Assembly: GCA_963806535.1 (NCBI GenBank)
Contig: CAWDYC010000004.1
Span: 320,001 to 384,000 of the forward strand
Direction of reading: 5' to 3'
Source: Candidatus Bathyarchaeota archaeon
Lineage (GTDB): Archaea; Thermoproteota; Bathyarchaeia; Bathyarchaeales; Bathycorpusculaceae
DNA length: 64,000 nt
In this document: one piece after another, positions 32,230-43,057 of the stretch
Position numbering within the stretch: the stretch's first letter is position 1
Layout of the letters: every line of letters begins with the position of its first letter
Made by a program: the position numbers and the translations under genes
The notes under the pieces: generated by a model
Told to the model about the DNA's origin: nothing
The model's database searches: none
The model's input: the letters and a program-made list of their open reading frames with translations, nothing else

Positions 32230-33685
32230 ATGCATTTCAGTATGCTTCTGAACCATAGGAAGCATGACAAATGGGGAATCGCCTTTGGCACACAAACAAC
32301 AATCACCAAACCAGCTAACCCCCTAAACATAAAGAAAGTCACATTCACCCAACAACCGCTTGAAATTTTTTCAAAACTCCAAAAACAATATCAAACAACC
32401 TACCTTTTAGAATCAATCGAAGGACCAAAAAAACTCGCACAATACTCATTCATCGGATTCGACCCAAAAATTACAATTCAAACAAAAAAACAAGAAGCCA
32501 AAGTAAAAAATGAAAGAACAAACGAAACGGTCATAGAAAAAACGAGTGACCCGCTAAAACTCATAGAAGATCTCTTAAAATACGAGGCGGCTAAAGACAG
32601 CAAGTTCCGTTTTACAGGCGGAGCAGTCGGCTACATTTCTTATGATGCAGTTCGTTATTGGGAAAAACTGCCTGAAAAATCACCGTCTGATTTGGATTTC
32701 CCTGACTTGGAAATGGGAATATTCGACGACGGATTCATCTTCAACCATGCTCAAAAAGAAGCATTCTATTATTATCGAGACAGAAAACCGCCTCCCGAAA
32801 TAGAAGCGTCTTCTCAAACAAGCAACATACGATGAAGAATTAATTTCATCTCAACCAAAAGTAAACACCAAAAAAGAAACCTTTGAAAAAGCCGTTGAAA
32901 AAGCAAAAGATTACATCACAGCAGGCGATATCTTCCAAGTTGTCCTTTCCAAGCGCTATCAACTTGAAATAAATGGCAGCCTAATCCCGTTTTACCAGTC
33001 TCTTCGAACCATTAACCCTTCACCCTACATGTACTTCTACAAATCAGGCGAACATCAAATCGTTGGTTCCAGCCCAGAAATGCTTGTCCGCGTTGAAAAT
33101 CGAACAGTGGAAACTTTTCCAATTGCAGGCACTAAGCCAGTCTCTGACAACCCTGTTGAAAACAGTAGATTAGCTTGTGAATTACTTGCAGACCCAAAAG
33201 AATGTGCCGAGCACGTAATGCTCGTTGATTTGGCACGCAATGATGTTGGCAAAATTTCCAAGTTCGGAAGCGTTCACGTAGCTGAATTCATGAAGGTCCA
33301 CCAATACAGCCATGTGCAACATATCGTCTCGCAAGTGGTGGGTGAGCTAAAAGAAAATCTTCAATGTTATGACGCGTTACACGCTGTCTTTCCTGCTGGA
33401 ACCGTTTCTGGAGCGCCAAAAGTACGGGCGATGGAAATAATTGATGAACTTGAACCGACACGGCGTGGACCTTATGCTGGTGCAGTTGGATACTTTTCAT
33501 ACAATGGCAATGCCGATTTTGCAATAACTATACGCACCCTCTTCGCGGACAAGAACCAAGCATACATTCAGGCTGGTGCAGGCATCGTAGCTGACTCTGT
33601 TCCCGAAAGAGAGTGGTTTGAGACTGACCACAAGGCAAAGGCGTTAATGCAGGCGCTTGAGCGGGCTGGAGGAGCTAAAGCATGA
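32230..33685 (+). CDS. trpE: Anthranilate synthase component I, split by a frameshift near 32780-32810
   Basis: LLESIEG, YSFIG, FTGGAVGYISYD in the first frame; AGDIFQVVLS, NPSPYM, GSSPEML, PIAGT, EHVMLVDLARND, FPAGTVSGAPK in the second. The start is uncertain. Confidence 0.9.
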
Positions 33686-34269
33686 AGGTAGTTGTGATTG
33701 ATAATTATGATTCGTTTGTTTACAACCTTGTTCAATACATAGGTGAGCTTGGAGCAGAAGTCTTAGTTTACCGCAACAACGAAATAACGCTAAAACAGTT
33801 AACAGAGTTAAATCCTGATCGAATTGTGATTTCTCCAGGACCAGGCACACCTGAAGACGAACGGTACTTTGGCGTCTGCACAAAGATTCTGCTAACCGCG
33901 AGCCAGACAATTCCTACTTTGGGCGTTTGCTTAGGGCACCAAGGTATAATCAACGCTTATGGCGGGAAAATCATCCATGCAAAACGACTCATGCACGGCA
34001 AGACCTGCACAATAAGACACGACCAAAAAGGCATCTTCGTAGGAGTAAGAAACCCCTTCACGGCAACAAGATATCATTCTCTTGCTGGCGAACACTCTTC
34101 AATTCCTTCCTGCCTCGAAATCAGTGCGGAATGCATAGACGATGGGGAAATCATGGCTGTTAGGCACGTTAAATACCCGATTGTAGGGGTGCAGTTCCAT
34201 CCTGAATCGATTCTTTGCGAAGACGGCAAGCTGATAATTAAGAATTTCTTGGAGAATAGGCGGCCATGA
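33682..34269 (+). CDS. trpG: Anthranilate synthase component II
   Basis: IDNYDSF, SPGPG, GVCLGHQ, RYHSL, QFHPES. Confidence 0.95.
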   Translation: MKVVVIDNYDSFVYNLVQYIGELGAEVLVYRNNEITLKQLTELNPDRIVISPGPGTPEDERYFGVCTKILLTASQTIPTLGVCLGHQGIINAYGGKIIHAKRLMHGKTCTIRHDQKGIFVGVRNPFTATRYHSLAGEHSSIPSCLEISAECIDDGEIMAVRHVKYPIVGVQFHPESILCEDGKLIIKNFLENRRP

Positions 34270-35327
34270 TTAGAGAAGGTATACAGAAACTCATTGAAGG
34301 TTACAGCTTAACGAGCGGAGAATCAGGTGAAATTATGCGGGAAGTAATATCCGGTAAAGCAACAAACTCGCAAACAGCCGCTTTCCTAACAGCACTGCGC
34401 ATGAAGGGTGAAGCCGTTGAAGAACTCATTGCCTTTGCCCGTGTTATGCGTGAACACAGCAGCCAAATACATCCTCACGTGGAAAGCCGGCTTGTTGACA
34501 CTTGCGGGACAGGCGGAGACAAAATAAAAACATTCAATGTAAGCACGGTAGCCGCATTCGTAATTGCTGGCGCTGGTATAGCAGTTGCTAAACATGGGAA
34601 TAGAGCAGTAACCAGCAAATGCGGAAGCGCCGATGTCTTAGAAAATCTCGGTCTAAAACTGCAGTTGGAACCCAAAGCAGTTGAACGAATTATTGAGAAC
34701 GTTGGCATAGGATTCATGTTTGCCCCAGCTTTTCATCCAGCGATGAAATACGCAGCGGAGCCAAGACAGGAAATCGGAATTCGAACTGTATTCAATCTTC
34801 TGGGTCCATTAACTAATCCTGCATGCGCTAATGCACAATTGCTTGGCGTTTACGATGCCAAACTGACAAGTCCAATGGCTTATGCCCTTCAGCGGTTGGG
34901 CTGTGAAGAAGCCATGGTAGTTCACGGTTTAGATGGCTTGGATGAAGTGTCAACAGTTGGCAAAACAGTTATTGCGCACTTAAGAGGTGGCGAAGTCTGT
35001 GAACTTGAGGTTTCTCCTGACGATTTTGGAGTAAAAACAGCACGCATCAATGACTTAATGGTGACAACACCCGAAGAAAGCGCTGAAATCCTCTTCAAAA
35101 TTCTAAGCGGTAACCTTTCGCATGGTGATCCTAAAATGGAATTTGTGCTTGTTAACAGCGTTGCTGGAATAATGGTTGGTGGAAAAGCAAAAGACTTTGA
35201 AGACGGCATGGAGATCGCTCGTGAATCAATCGAGAGTGGAATGGCTTACGCGAAACTTAAGGATTTGATTAAAGCATCGGGCGGAAGTCTCTCAAAACTT
35301 GAGGAGTTGGAAATAAAATATGAGTGA
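34266..35327 (+). CDS. trpD: Anthranilate phosphoribosyltransferase
   Basis: DTCGTGGD, FNVST, KHGNR, GSAD, RTVFNLLGPLTNP, GLDE. Confidence 0.95.
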   Translation: MIREGIQKLIEGYSLTSGESGEIMREVISGKATNSQTAAFLTALRMKGEAVEELIAFARVMREHSSQIHPHVESRLVDTCGTGGDKIKTFNVSTVAAFVIAGAGIAVAKHGNRAVTSKCGSADVLENLGLKLQLEPKAVERIIENVGIGFMFAPAFHPAMKYAAEPRQEIGIRTVFNLLGPLTNPACANAQLLGVYDAKLTSPMAYALQRLGCEEAMVVHGLDGLDEVSTVGKTVIAHLRGGEVCELEVSPDDFGVKTARINDLMVTTPEESAEILFKILSGNLSHGDPKMEFVLVNSVAGIMVGGKAKDFEDGMEIARESIESGMAYAKLKDLIKASGGSLSKLEELEIKYE

Positions 35328-36099
35328 TTTTCTGGATGTACTTGCACGTGTTGCTCAGATAAATATTGAAAGCGAATACTACGACAACGTTATGCCTCTG
35401 GAAAATGTTCGTGTTAGCTTAAAGAAGGCAATTTTAGATTGCAAATTTAATCCTATAATAACTGAAATTAAAGCTGCTTCACCGTCGGCTGGAGTAATCC
35501 GAACAAACATTGATCCAGCCGCGATTGCAAAAGCAATGGAAAGAGGCGGAGCAACAGCATTATCGGTGTTAACGGAGCCAAAACAATTCAGCGGATCCTT
35601 AGAAGCATTGGGGAAAGCGCGAAAAGCCGTAAAGATTCCCATTCTAATGAAAGACATAATCTTAAGCCCAATCCAAATCCAAGCAGCAGCGAAACTTGGA
35701 GCAAACGCCGTCTTGCTAATTAAAGCCCTTTTTGATCGTGGCTATAGCGACAAAACCCTTGAAGAAATGATTACTGGTGCCCACATGCTTGGACTTGAAG
35801 TTTTGCTTGAAACTCACACGGTATCTGAATTTGTCACTGCTTTGCGAACAGATGCAGATCTAATTGGAATAAATAACCGAAACTTGGCGACATTAAAGGT
35901 TGATTTGAATGCTACAAGAGAAATTCTACGATCAATAGATCCAAAAAACAAAGTGGTTGTAAGTGAAAGTGGAATAAAAACAGCAGCGGACATACATTTT
36001 CTGAGTGAAAGCGGTGCATCAGCTTTCCTAATTGGTTCAGCCATAATGTTAAGCGATAATATCGAAGAAAAAGTAAAGGAGTTTGTGAATGCAAAATGA
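35320..36099 (+). CDS. trpC: Indole-3-glycerol phosphate synthase
   Basis: [30 protein letters not shown]. Confidence 0.95.
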   Translation: MSDFLDVLARVAQINIESEYYDNVMPLENVRVSLKKAILDCKFNPIITEIKAASPSAGVIRTNIDPAAIAKAMERGGATALSVLTEPKQFSGSLEALGKARKAVKIPILMKDIILSPIQIQAAAKLGANAVLLIKALFDRGYSDKTLEEMITGAHMLGLEVLLETHTVSEFVTALRTDADLIGINNRNLATLKVDLNATREILRSIDPKNKVVVSESGIKTAADIHFLSESGASAFLIGSAIMLSDNIEEKVKEFVNAK

Positions 36100-37292
36100 A
36101 AATAACCAATTATCCCGTTGATGGCAAATACGGGAAATATGGTGGGCGTTTTGTTCCTGAAGTCTTGATGGAAGCAATTAAGGAACTGGAAGAAGCTTAC
36201 GACACAGCATGCAAAGATCCTAGTTTCCAGAAAGAGATAGATTATTATCTAGCGGAATTCGTAGGACGCCCAACCCCGCTTTACTTCGCAGAAAACTTAA
36301 CCCGCAAACTTGGAGGCGCCAAAATTTACCTCAAACGCGAAGACTTAGCCCACGGTGGAGCACACAAAATAAACAACACCATAGGACAGGCGTTATTGGC
36401 TAAACGGATGGGTAAAACCCGTATTATCGCCGAGACGGGCGCAGGACAACATGGTGTTGCCACAGCCATTGCCTGCGCAGCTTTAGGCTTGAAAGCCGAG
36501 ATTTACATGGGTACAGAAGACTGCGAAAGGCAACGCCTGAACGTTTTCAGAATGAAACTTCTAAATGCGCAGGTACATCCAGTTGAAACTGGCTCAAAAA
36601 CCCTAAAAGACTCCATAAACGAAGCCTTTCGCGATTGGGTTACAAACCTTGAAAACACCTATTACTTAATCGGCTCAGTTGTTGGGCCTCACCCTTACCC
36701 AATGATTGTCAGGGATTTCCAAAGCGTGATCGGCAAAGAACTCAAAACACAATTCTGTAAAAAAGAAGGCAAACTCCCTGACGCATTGATAGCATGTGTA
36801 GGCGGTGGAAGCAACGCTATGGGCACTTTCTATCCCTTCGAAGACGATGAATCGGTCAAACTTTATGGAGTGGAAGCTGCTGGCGAAGGCTTAGAAACAG
36901 GCAAACACGCTGCATCGCTTGGTGCAGGAGCAGAAGGCGTCTTCCACGGCATGCTAACTTACGTTCTTCAAGATAGCAATGGGCAAATACAGAACACAAG
37001 CAGCGTTTCTGCAGGCTTAGACTATCCAGGCGTTGGACCCGAACATAGCTTCCTAAAAACACTCAAACGGGCCCAATACGTGTCAGCCACAGACAAGGAA
37101 GCCGTTGAAGCATTTCTGGTCTTATGTAAAGAAGAAGGGATTCTTCCTGCATTGGAATCGTCACATGCTGTGGCCTACGCAATGAAACTCGCGCCAAAAA
37201 TGAAGAAAGCGCAATCAATTGTCGTAACTTTGTCTGGACGGGGAGACAAAGATGTGGAAACCATAGCGGATTACATAGGGGCGAAAATATGA
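36096..37292 (+). CDS. trpB: Tryptophan synthase beta chain (TrpB1 type)
   Basis: [46 protein letters not shown]. Confidence 0.97.
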   Translation: MKITNYPVDGKYGKYGGRFVPEVLMEAIKELEEAYDTACKDPSFQKEIDYYLAEFVGRPTPLYFAENLTRKLGGAKIYLKREDLAHGGAHKINNTIGQALLAKRMGKTRIIAETGAGQHGVATAIACAALGLKAEIYMGTEDCERQRLNVFRMKLLNAQVHPVETGSKTLKDSINEAFRDWVTNLENTYYLIGSVVGPHPYPMIVRDFQSVIGKELKTQFCKKEGKLPDALIACVGGGSNAMGTFYPFEDDESVKLYGVEAAGEGLETGKHAASLGAGAEGVFHGMLTYVLQDSNGQIQNTSSVSAGLDYPGVGPEHSFLKTLKRAQYVSATDKEAVEAFLVLCKEEGILPALESSHAVAYAMKLAPKMKKAQSIVVTLSGRGDKDVETIADYIGAKI

Positions 37293-38101
37293 ACGCAATA
37301 AATGAAGCGTTTCAAAAAGCCAAAGCTAAAGGCAATGGAGCACTCATCGGCTACATTATGGCTGGAGACCCAAAACCAGAGCTGACGCCCAAAATTGCTG
37401 ACGCCCTAATCGACGGCGGTGTTGATATTTTGGAATTGGGGTTGCCTTTTTCTGACCCGATTGCCGATGGGCCAACAATTCAAGCTGCAAGCGTACGTTC
37501 CCTAGCCGCAGGAACAACACCTGTCAAAGTGCTAGAGATTGCTAAAGAGATTCGTCAAAGACGCAATGTGCCTATAGTAATAATGACCTATTTCAACCCA
37601 GTATTCAGGATGGGGCTGGAGAACTTTTTCGCCTTAGCTAAAAAAAGCCTGGTTGACGGCGTCATCGTTCCAGATTTACCAGTTGAAGAAGCCTCTGAAT
37701 ACGTGAAAATCGCACGCAAATCTGACATAGACACAATTTTTCTGGCTGCACCATCTACCTCTAATGAACGGCTAACAAAGATTGTTGAGTGTTCTTCGGG
37801 TTTTCTGTATCTTGTTTCTCACTTCGGCGTTACGGGCGCACAATCAACCGTTGAGGATTCAACGATTCAGCTCGTGAAGCGAGTTTTGCCCTTCACATCT
37901 GGCAAGATCCCATTAGCAGTTGGGTTCGGCATCTCAAAACCTGAGCATGTAAAACGAATTATCGCATCTGGGGCGGACGGAGTAATTGTTGGGAGCGCCT
38001 TCATCAACATAATTAGTCAGCATCAGGAAAACATGTGTATTCTCTTAAAGAAAATAGAAACAACTGCAACTTCACTTGAAAAAGCAACCAAAACCGCTTG
38101 A
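37289..38101 (+). CDS. trpA: Tryptophan synthase alpha chain
   Basis: [39 protein letters not shown]. Confidence 0.97.
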   Translation: MNAINEAFQKAKAKGNGALIGYIMAGDPKPELTPKIADALIDGGVDILELGLPFSDPIADGPTIQAASVRSLAAGTTPVKVLEIAKEIRQRRNVPIVIMTYFNPVFRMGLENFFALAKKSLVDGVIVPDLPVEEASEYVKIARKSDIDTIFLAAPSTSNERLTKIVECSSGFLYLVSHFGVTGAQSTVEDSTIQLVKRVLPFTSGKIPLAVGFGISKPEHVKRIIASGADGVIVGSAFINIISQHQENMCILLKKIETTATSLEKATKTA

Positions 38102-38158
38102 ATCTTCAAATTTTATTCCAGATTTCTTGACAAAGAATTTTAATAATTATTTAGCCGA

Positions 38159-38386
38159 TTGATAGTCATGAAAAATTCTGAATGCACAATCTACATAATG
38201 TTCAAAGATAGTTGGTTACAGAAGTTTAGAAAGGAAGAAGATGGCTGGAAAGAATACAGTCGAAACGGCACCGTTCGTTCATGTACTGCGGAACAATTTA
38301 TCTCCCATATCCTTCCGCCTTTAGCTGGAATAAAAGGACCAAACGTTACTGTCAAGATTGAACTCGACGCCAAGATTGAAATTTAG
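38159..38386 (+). CDS. Small hypothetical protein
   Basis: Protein-like 72-75 aa ORF downstream of an AT-rich promoter-like tract. Confidence 0.5.
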   Translation: MIVMKNSECTIYIMFKDSWLQKFRKEEDGWKEYSRNGTVRSCTAEQFISHILPPLAGIKGPNVTVKIELDAKIEI

Positions 38387-38811
38387 CATGCTAAAGTTCT
38401 GCTGTTTTCAAAATTTTGGTGAACGTAATGTAGTGATTGTTGCCTTATACTTATTTTTTTTAATGTTTCAACATATGTCAACATAGTTTCATGTACCGGG
38501 GGGTCACTTGGCGTTTATTTATGAAAAGTTGGAAATCCTTACCCTTTATAAGTAGAGGTACCATGGGTGAACTTGATTTCATGATCCGCGGGGGTCTATC
38601 GTTTGTTGTTTTTGAAATATGAAGCCCTCTTTTCTCATTATATAAACTATTTACGTTTGCTTAATATGAACTCTGGATGTTCTTCGAAGGTTCTTGTTGT
38701 TGAGTTGATGGCGTTAGAGCGGTTGGGCGGTTGTGGGTGTGGTTATGCAGTCACAGAGTCTTAAAGGCACGACTTTACAGAAGTAAAACGGTGTTTATAT
38801 TGGAAAAAACC

Positions 38812-39081
38812 ATGATGAAATATCAAGTTTTAATCAAAACGATATCAGGAAAAGGCGGCGAATTCTGGGAAGCCTTCAAAAAAATGCCTACCGAACCAAT
38901 GAAAGGAGTAATGATTGAATCTTCGTGGAGTTTGTTTGGATACTGGGATTTCGTCATTTTCTTCAAAGCCGACACAAACGACAATAGCCTGCACTTCGTA
39001 GGCGAAATCTTACGAGCAATGCCTGGCATCGCCGAAACCAGCACATCACCAATGACAATGCTTAAAGAGCACATGATGTAA
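38812..39081 (+). CDS. Stand-alone ferredoxin-like (Lrp ligand-binding/GYD-like) domain protein
   Basis: SLFGYWDFVIFFKA...ILRAMPGIAETST matches the G.YD...v...T pattern. Confidence 0.65.
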   Translation: MMKYQVLIKTISGKGGEFWEAFKKMPTEPMKGVMIESSWSLFGYWDFVIFFKADTNDNSLHFVGEILRAMPGIAETSTSPMTMLKEHMM

Positions 39082-39405
39082 ATAGGCAACTTTCTTCGCC
39101 TGTTTTCTTTTTTCTTTTTCTTTCAAAATCAACTCCGCTGCCAGTTACTTAAAACCAGCACTTTTCTAAGCATCATTTCAGAAACCCAGTCAAAAAGTGT
39201 CTAATAACTAGTCGACAATATACGTCTTAACAGAGTCATTTAAACTGGTCTAACAATGGTCACATACAGTCGCAACCTGCAAACACTGCAAACCCTAAAT
39301 CAGAAAAGCAACCTAAAACACAAACAACAAAATTCGCTCAAAAATCAGAACAACAGCCCTCACACCTGCGAAAGACTTAAAGTGTGTTCCGTGCCTTTAG
39401 TTTTC

Positions 39406-39725
39406 GGCGGTGGATCTTAGGCGGTGGGGTAGGGGTCCATTGTACCGTAAACCCTCTATACGACGGGCTGACATCTGCGGATGAGGCGCCGAAGGCCGTT
39501 TGGATCTTCATTTCCGAAACATTGACTATCCGTCCTTTGGGGCTGGCGGTCAATGAGCAGCTTCCGTAGGGGAGTTGTTTCGTTGTTCTACCAGGCGAAC
39601 CCGGCTAGGCTCGGGAGAGAGCAACCTAAGTTTGGACGTTATGCGCTCAAGGGGGTGCGGGTAAGAGCGTAGGGCTTGAGGCTTTCAGGCGGAGTCTGGG
39701 CGTCAAACCGCAGTGGTCCACCGCT
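39406..39725 (+). ncRNA. Archaeal SRP (7S) RNA
   Basis: GC-rich ~320 nt; 5' GCGGTGGA pairs with 3' TCCACCGC (helix 1); helix-8-like CCGGCTAGGCTCGGGAGAGAGCAACC; helix-6-like GAGCAGCTTCC-GTAG-GGGAGTTGTTT; upstream CTTAAA box. Confidence 0.88.
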
Positions 39726-39803
39726 ACTAATTTTCCAATTTAACGTTGAACTCAAAAACGATTATTGAAACATCAAATAGAATTAACTAACTTATACCAA
39801 CTA

Positions 39804-40072
39804 TTAAATTATTTTTGAGAAGTCATCATAAACATTTTTTCGATGCCCGATAAAAATAATGACCACTTCTTTTTTCTCTCTGTCAATCTCATAAATAGTC
39901 CTGTGATCATCTCTCCTTAAACTCCAAAAGTTTGAAGAATGCAGATGTTTCCCAACTTTAATGGGTCAACAGCAAGTTCTCCAAGCGCCGCCTTAATTCG
40001 CACTTTATCTGGGGTATCAAGTTTTTGCAGTGCCTTAGCAACCTTAGGATGCAAAAGTACTTTAAAGGTCAT
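39804..40072 (-). pseudogene. RelE/ParE-family toxin, frameshifted
   Basis: MTFKVLLHPKVAKALQKLD...DP / FWSLR..DHRTIYEID...VVIIFIGHRKNVY in two frames. Confidence 0.75.
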
Positions 40073-40083
40073 TTAAGCTTCCT

Positions 40084-40290
40084 CTAAAAGAATACGCTTA
40101 TCGGATGTTCTTTGTTTTCTTGGCTTCTCTTGAGGAGCATTTGGTAGAACTTGCGCGTTTCTTCTCGTTCTTCATACAAACTTATTATAGTTTTTATAGC
40201 GTCGCTTCTGCTCTTGAATTTGCCTTCTGCTACCCACCGGTCAATCTCTTCCACCGTTTTTTCGGGTAATCTAAGCTGAACTTGAGCCAT
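40084..40290 (-). CDS. Ribbon-helix-helix antitoxin
   Basis: MAQVQLRLPEKTVEEIDRWVAEGKFKSRSDAIK; directly upstream of relE. Confidence 0.8.
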   Translation of the reverse strand: MAQVQLRLPEKTVEEIDRWVAEGKFKSRSDAIKTIISLYEEREETRKFYQMLLKRSQENKEHPISVFF

Positions 40291-40351
40291 AATATTCACT
40301 GTAAACAATACTGTTTACTTTAACACTCAAATCCCTTCAAAAAACTTGAAA

Positions 40352-40882
40352 TTACTTGGACTCGTCGAGGCTTTTCTTGTAGAGGGCCTTGTCGATTACT
40401 CTTACATCTAGATTTTGTTTGGCCGCTGTTTTCCTGATTGCCTCCAGAAGTTTTAGGTAGTTTTGAGATGTTAGCATGTTTGGTGGAGGATTGCCCAGCA
40501 GGGCTTTCCATGTTGCAGCGTCAAGAATGGCATATTGTTTGGGGTCAAAAAACGCTAGGATAACGCTGGCTAAAACAGGGTTTATGCCTTCTAAGCAGCG
40601 TAAGGCAATTCATTCGGTAGCCATCTTCGCAAGAAGGAATGCTCAAGGCTTGGCTTGAAAGTCGATTAACCGTTGCCTCCTCATTTCGGGAAACTAAGTC
40701 TAAAACCCGAGTTTTCTTCTCTGGTTCATCTTTAAACTTCCATTCAACAACCTGCGCCAAATCGGCCTTTGTTAACACTTTAGCTCTTCGGAATTTAGCG
40801 CCCAACTCTCGTTCCTTCTGCGCCTGCCAACCAAGCTTTTTTCGTATTTGCGGCTCCACATCAAAAAAGCAGCTTTATCCAC
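40352..40882 (-). pseudogene. HhH-motif hypothetical protein, frameshifted
   Basis: Frames join as MDKAAFLMWSRKYEK..LTKADLAQVVEWKF...GI.PVLASVILAFFDPKQYAILD...IDKALY. Confidence 0.55.
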
Positions 40883-40969
40883 ACAATTCAACCTTACAAT
40901 GCATAATTGAGAACTGGATACATTTTTGCCTTTGCCTAAAAATCATGGAAACAAATAGAAAATAATGGG

Positions 40970-41095
40970 TTAGTTTTGGTCTACCAGATGCGCTGTTCCG
41001 TCAGGACAATATACTTTCTCATCTTTGTTTACTCGCCTGTAGCGTTCACTGCACATGTGCAGCAGGCTGCAGCCGTCGCAATCTCTACTCAGCAT
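40970..41095 (-). CDS. 41-aa Cys/His-rich small protein
   Basis: MLSRDCDGCSLLHMCSERYRRVNKDEKVYCPDGTAHLVDQN; GGAGG upstream and a CTTATAA box further up. Confidence 0.65.
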   Translation of the reverse strand: MLSRDCDGCSLLHMCSERYRRVNKDEKVYCPDGTAHLVDQN

Positions 41096-41186
41096 ATTTT
41101 TTTCGCCTCCTTGTTAGGTCTTTTTGCATGGGTGAATTTTGCTTATAAGACTATGTAACATGCATGTGTATACGTAGGTAAACACG

Positions 41187-41291
41187 TTAGCGACCCTTTT
41201 TATGTGCCAAACATGTTTTGTAGGCTATGCAGTCTTCCGAGCAGGGAGCGGCTGTTTTGGTTTGGCAATCCAAGACAATGGTTCTGTACAT
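41187..41291 (-). CDS. 34-aa Cys-rich small protein
   Basis: MYRTIVLDCQTKTAAPCSEDCIAYKTCLAHKKGR (C-x7-C-x3-C-x5-C). Confidence 0.45.
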   Translation of the reverse strand: MYRTIVLDCQTKTAAPCSEDCIAYKTCLAHKKGR

Positions 41292-41651
41292 GCTTAAGTC
41301 GCCTTGCCCCATTTTGCTCTTAGAGGATGCGTAACGCGGGAATGGCTATACCAAATAAACTTGAAGGGTAAAGCAACTAAACCTGCACAAACCATTCTTG
41401 GTAATGCTAAATCCAACATGCCGATTTCGCCTTTGTTGTTTTGCTCTGAACTAAATATGTTTACTTTTAGGATATAAAGCGATTTGAGAAATGTTCATAA
41501 TTATTATTAAAAAGTGTGCAAACATCAAAAAATCACATAAGAATTACAATAACTGAATGATATAGTAACAAAAACATGACAAAAGATTTACACTCATTCA
41601 GAAAGATGAATAATTATGTAGTTCAATAATAATACATTACAAGATGATCCT

Positions 41652-41987
41652 TTGAGTTGCAACCAAGAAAATAAACAAAAAACAAATAGCTTCTACTTTC
41701 AAGAAATCGACCAAATAATTGTTTTTCAAAGCTGTGGAAAACAAGGTAAATATGTAACATACAAAATACAACTAAAAAGCAAGGAAAAAGCAAAGCATAT
41801 TGGAGACTTAGTAGTTCTTGGCGAGTTTTTAGAAAGTGAAAAAGTAGATCGTAATTATCCGCTTACTGTGGGTTACTATAAGGATTTTTCAGGAGAGGGA
41901 GCAAACTTTAAGCCTGAGTACTTGGAGTTGCGAAAAATTCGTTTTATTGAAGAATTTTGGCTTTTCCTTAATGCTTGTGATGTCTAA
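41652..41987 (+). CDS. Hypothetical protein
   Basis: 111-aa ORF, AT-rich. Confidence 0.55.
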   Translation: MSCNQENKQKTNSFYFQEIDQIIVFQSCGKQGKYVTYKIQLKSKEKAKHIGDLVVLGEFLESEKVDRNYPLTVGYYKDFSGEGANFKPEYLELRKIRFIEEFWLFLNACDV

Positions 41988-42069
41988 TTGTTGTTGCTTT
42001 GAAATTACATTTTTATTTTCTATTAAAAATCTAAAAAACGTTATGAAGGAAGTTGCCGAAAAAGGCATT

Positions 42070-42582
42070 CTAAACTTTACCCTCGACCCGAACTATAGGT
42101 TTGCCCATAATATCTCGCATTGTAGCCGCTACTTCAAATGGTTTACGAACGAACAACAGCTTAGTCTCGCGTTCACCTTGAGAGTTAACCGTTATATCTC
42201 CATAGCCGAAGATTCTGCCGCCAATCGACTGGTCTACCAATAAATCGCCAAATCCCGATGGCGTAACAACGAAAGAATGCAACCTAATGATACCTTGGCG
42301 AATTTCTAATCCATCCTGCCGCAGCACATACGAGTGAGAAAGTCGAAAAATCAATAATTCTAACAGGCTAACTAGCCAAATAATGATAAAGGCCACCACG
42401 GTCCAGGCAAAAATCGGTAAACCAATCAAATGCGAATAGGCTATGCCTGAGTAAATTTCAAGCCAGACAAATATTATTAGAAAAACAAAAACAGTGATTG
42501 TTCGTAAAATGGCTGCTGGTACAATCCACGGCTTTCCAGACCAAACCACACTGCCCTGACCAACGTGTTTATCAGAAGACAA
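42070..42582 (-). CDS. Membrane protein with a bacterial PH (bPH_2-like) domain
   Basis: Two TM segments, then Y.L....L.IRQGII...VDQSIGGRIFGYGDITV. Confidence 0.8.
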   Translation of the reverse strand: MSSDKHVGQGSVVWSGKPWIVPAAILRTITVFVFLIIFVWLEIYSGIAYSHLIGLPIFAWTVVAFIIIWLVSLLELLIFRLSHSYVLRQDGLEIRQGIIRLHSFVVTPSGFGDLLVDQSIGGRIFGYGDITVNSQGERETKLLFVRKPFEVAATMRDIMGKPIVRVEGKV

Positions 42583-42704
42583 CTAAAACACAACCATTAG
42601 GCAATAAGCAAAAAAACCTATTTAAGCATTCAGCCCTAAGACGCCGAACACGCGAGTCCTACAGTTTAAGAAAATAGATGGGCGAAGTTGTTTAAAAGAA
42701 AACT

Positions 42705-43019
42705 TTACACCATAGGCCGATGCAATAATGCTCCTTCAATAGAGCGTAACAGTTGATAGCCGAAAAGTATTGCTGTGAAATAAGTCGGCCACAAAATCAC
42801 TGGCCAATTTCCAGGAGTATAAGACCAAAGACCGTTAGATACAGCAAAAAATTCCATAAGTGCTAAAGCAATCATTCCGCTGGTAGCAAGAAACAATTGC
42901 TCTTTCACTTCTCGTTTGGCTGATCCTTTGCGGCGGACAAAAGTAAGTACTGCCCACGCTGCAAGGAAGCCAAAAAAAAGCACGTACCAACTTGAATTGT
43001 AATCAAATAATATGTTCAT
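42705..43019 (-). CDS. Small membrane protein (3 TM)
   Basis: Hydrophobic segments; EFFAVSNGLWSY motif. Confidence 0.7.
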   Translation of the reverse strand: MNILFDYNSSWYVLFFGFLAAWAVLTFVRRKGSAKREVKEQLFLATSGMIALALMEFFAVSNGLWSYTPGNWPVILWPTYFTAILFGYQLLRSIEGALLHRPMV

Positions 43020-43057
43020 GCTGAGGACAGCGTGTCTTCACTATAAAAATGATTTGA

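Noticed and set aside
32780-32835. Programmed frameshift or attenuation in trpE
   Set aside because: There is no clear slippery heptamer or Trp-rich leader, and similar indels occur in unrelated genes, which points to errors.
39384-39569. 61-aa ORF
   Set aside because: It overlaps the SRP RNA and is spurious.
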